From IMG/VR virus record IMGVR_UViG_3300034126_000013: a stretch of 13,585 nucleotides of DNA. One strand, given 5' to 3'. Position numbers and translations under genes: made by a program. Shown in pieces: positions 13,248 through 13,585 of the stretch. Source of the DNA: a virus. Its lineage: Duplodnaviria > Heunggongvirae > Uroviricota > Caudoviricetes. The notes under the pieces are model-generated. The model was not told the origin of the DNA and made no database searches. It saw nothing but the letters and a program-made list of their open reading frames with translations. Positions within the stretch are counted from its first letter, which is position 1. Each line of letters begins with the position of its first letter.

Positions 13248-13585
13248 ATGCAAGAATTTAAACGTGTAGACACAACCGATATTCAAGAAGCATCTCTGGT
13301 TAACTTCATGGCTGCACTTGGTTATGAACCAACTTACCGACATGCTGGTAAGCGTGAAATTCTGACTGGCTTCTTTCAACCGAAGTATGCACGTATCGGT
13401 AAAGCACGACTGAACCTGAATACTGCAATCCGACTGCATAATAATCTGGCTGAAGATACTTTCGCAAAAGTCAAGTCCCAACCATATGAAGAGTTCGGCA
13501 CCTTCGTCGCAAAAGAAGCAAACGTTGATGAACTGGTAGCTCTGTTCGCCGGTACTTGCAAGATCGTTGAAACAGTGAAAGCGAA
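13248..13585 (+). CDS. Hypothetical protein (runs off the window edge)
   Basis: SD AGGAGA, MQEFKRVDTTDIQEASLVNFMAALGYEPTYRH..., frame open to the end. Confidence 0.8.
   Translation, partial: MQEFKRVDTTDIQEASLVNFMAALGYEPTYRHAGKREILTGFFQPKYARIGKARLNLNTAIRLHNNLAEDTFAKVKSQPYEEFGTFVAKEANVDELVALFAGTCKIVETVKA

Overview
Fragment of a large lytic tailed-phage genome with two divergent transcription blocks and sigma70-type promoters; host and taxonomy cannot be fixed from the sequence. The left block (minus strand, 1-4995) holds several small ORFs including a DUF4326 protein, an array of 8 CCA-ending tRNAs (Trp, Ile2/Met-CAU, Gly, Asn, Tyr, Pro, Ser-UGA, Ser-GCU), an intrinsic terminator, a probable small terminase, a hypothetical gene and the 5' part of the large terminase. 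The right block (plus strand, 5041-end) holds a T4 Rnl1-type RNA ligase, a PseT-type polynucleotide kinase/phosphatase, a PRPP-synthetase-like gene plus a NAMPT-like gene (the NARP1-type NAD+ reconstitution pair), a SpoT/Mesh1-type HD hydrolase and a run of small overlapping hypothetical ORFs. The least explained part is inside the tRNA transcript, which contains a circularly permuted (YrlA-topology) tRNA mimic preceded by a 41-aa Lys-rich ORF, a degenerate His-like tRNA, a pseudoknotted RNA, and two diverged tandem copies (about 128-nt period) of a bipartite structured RNA with a compensatory base change. All RNA folds were derived by hand and were not computed.
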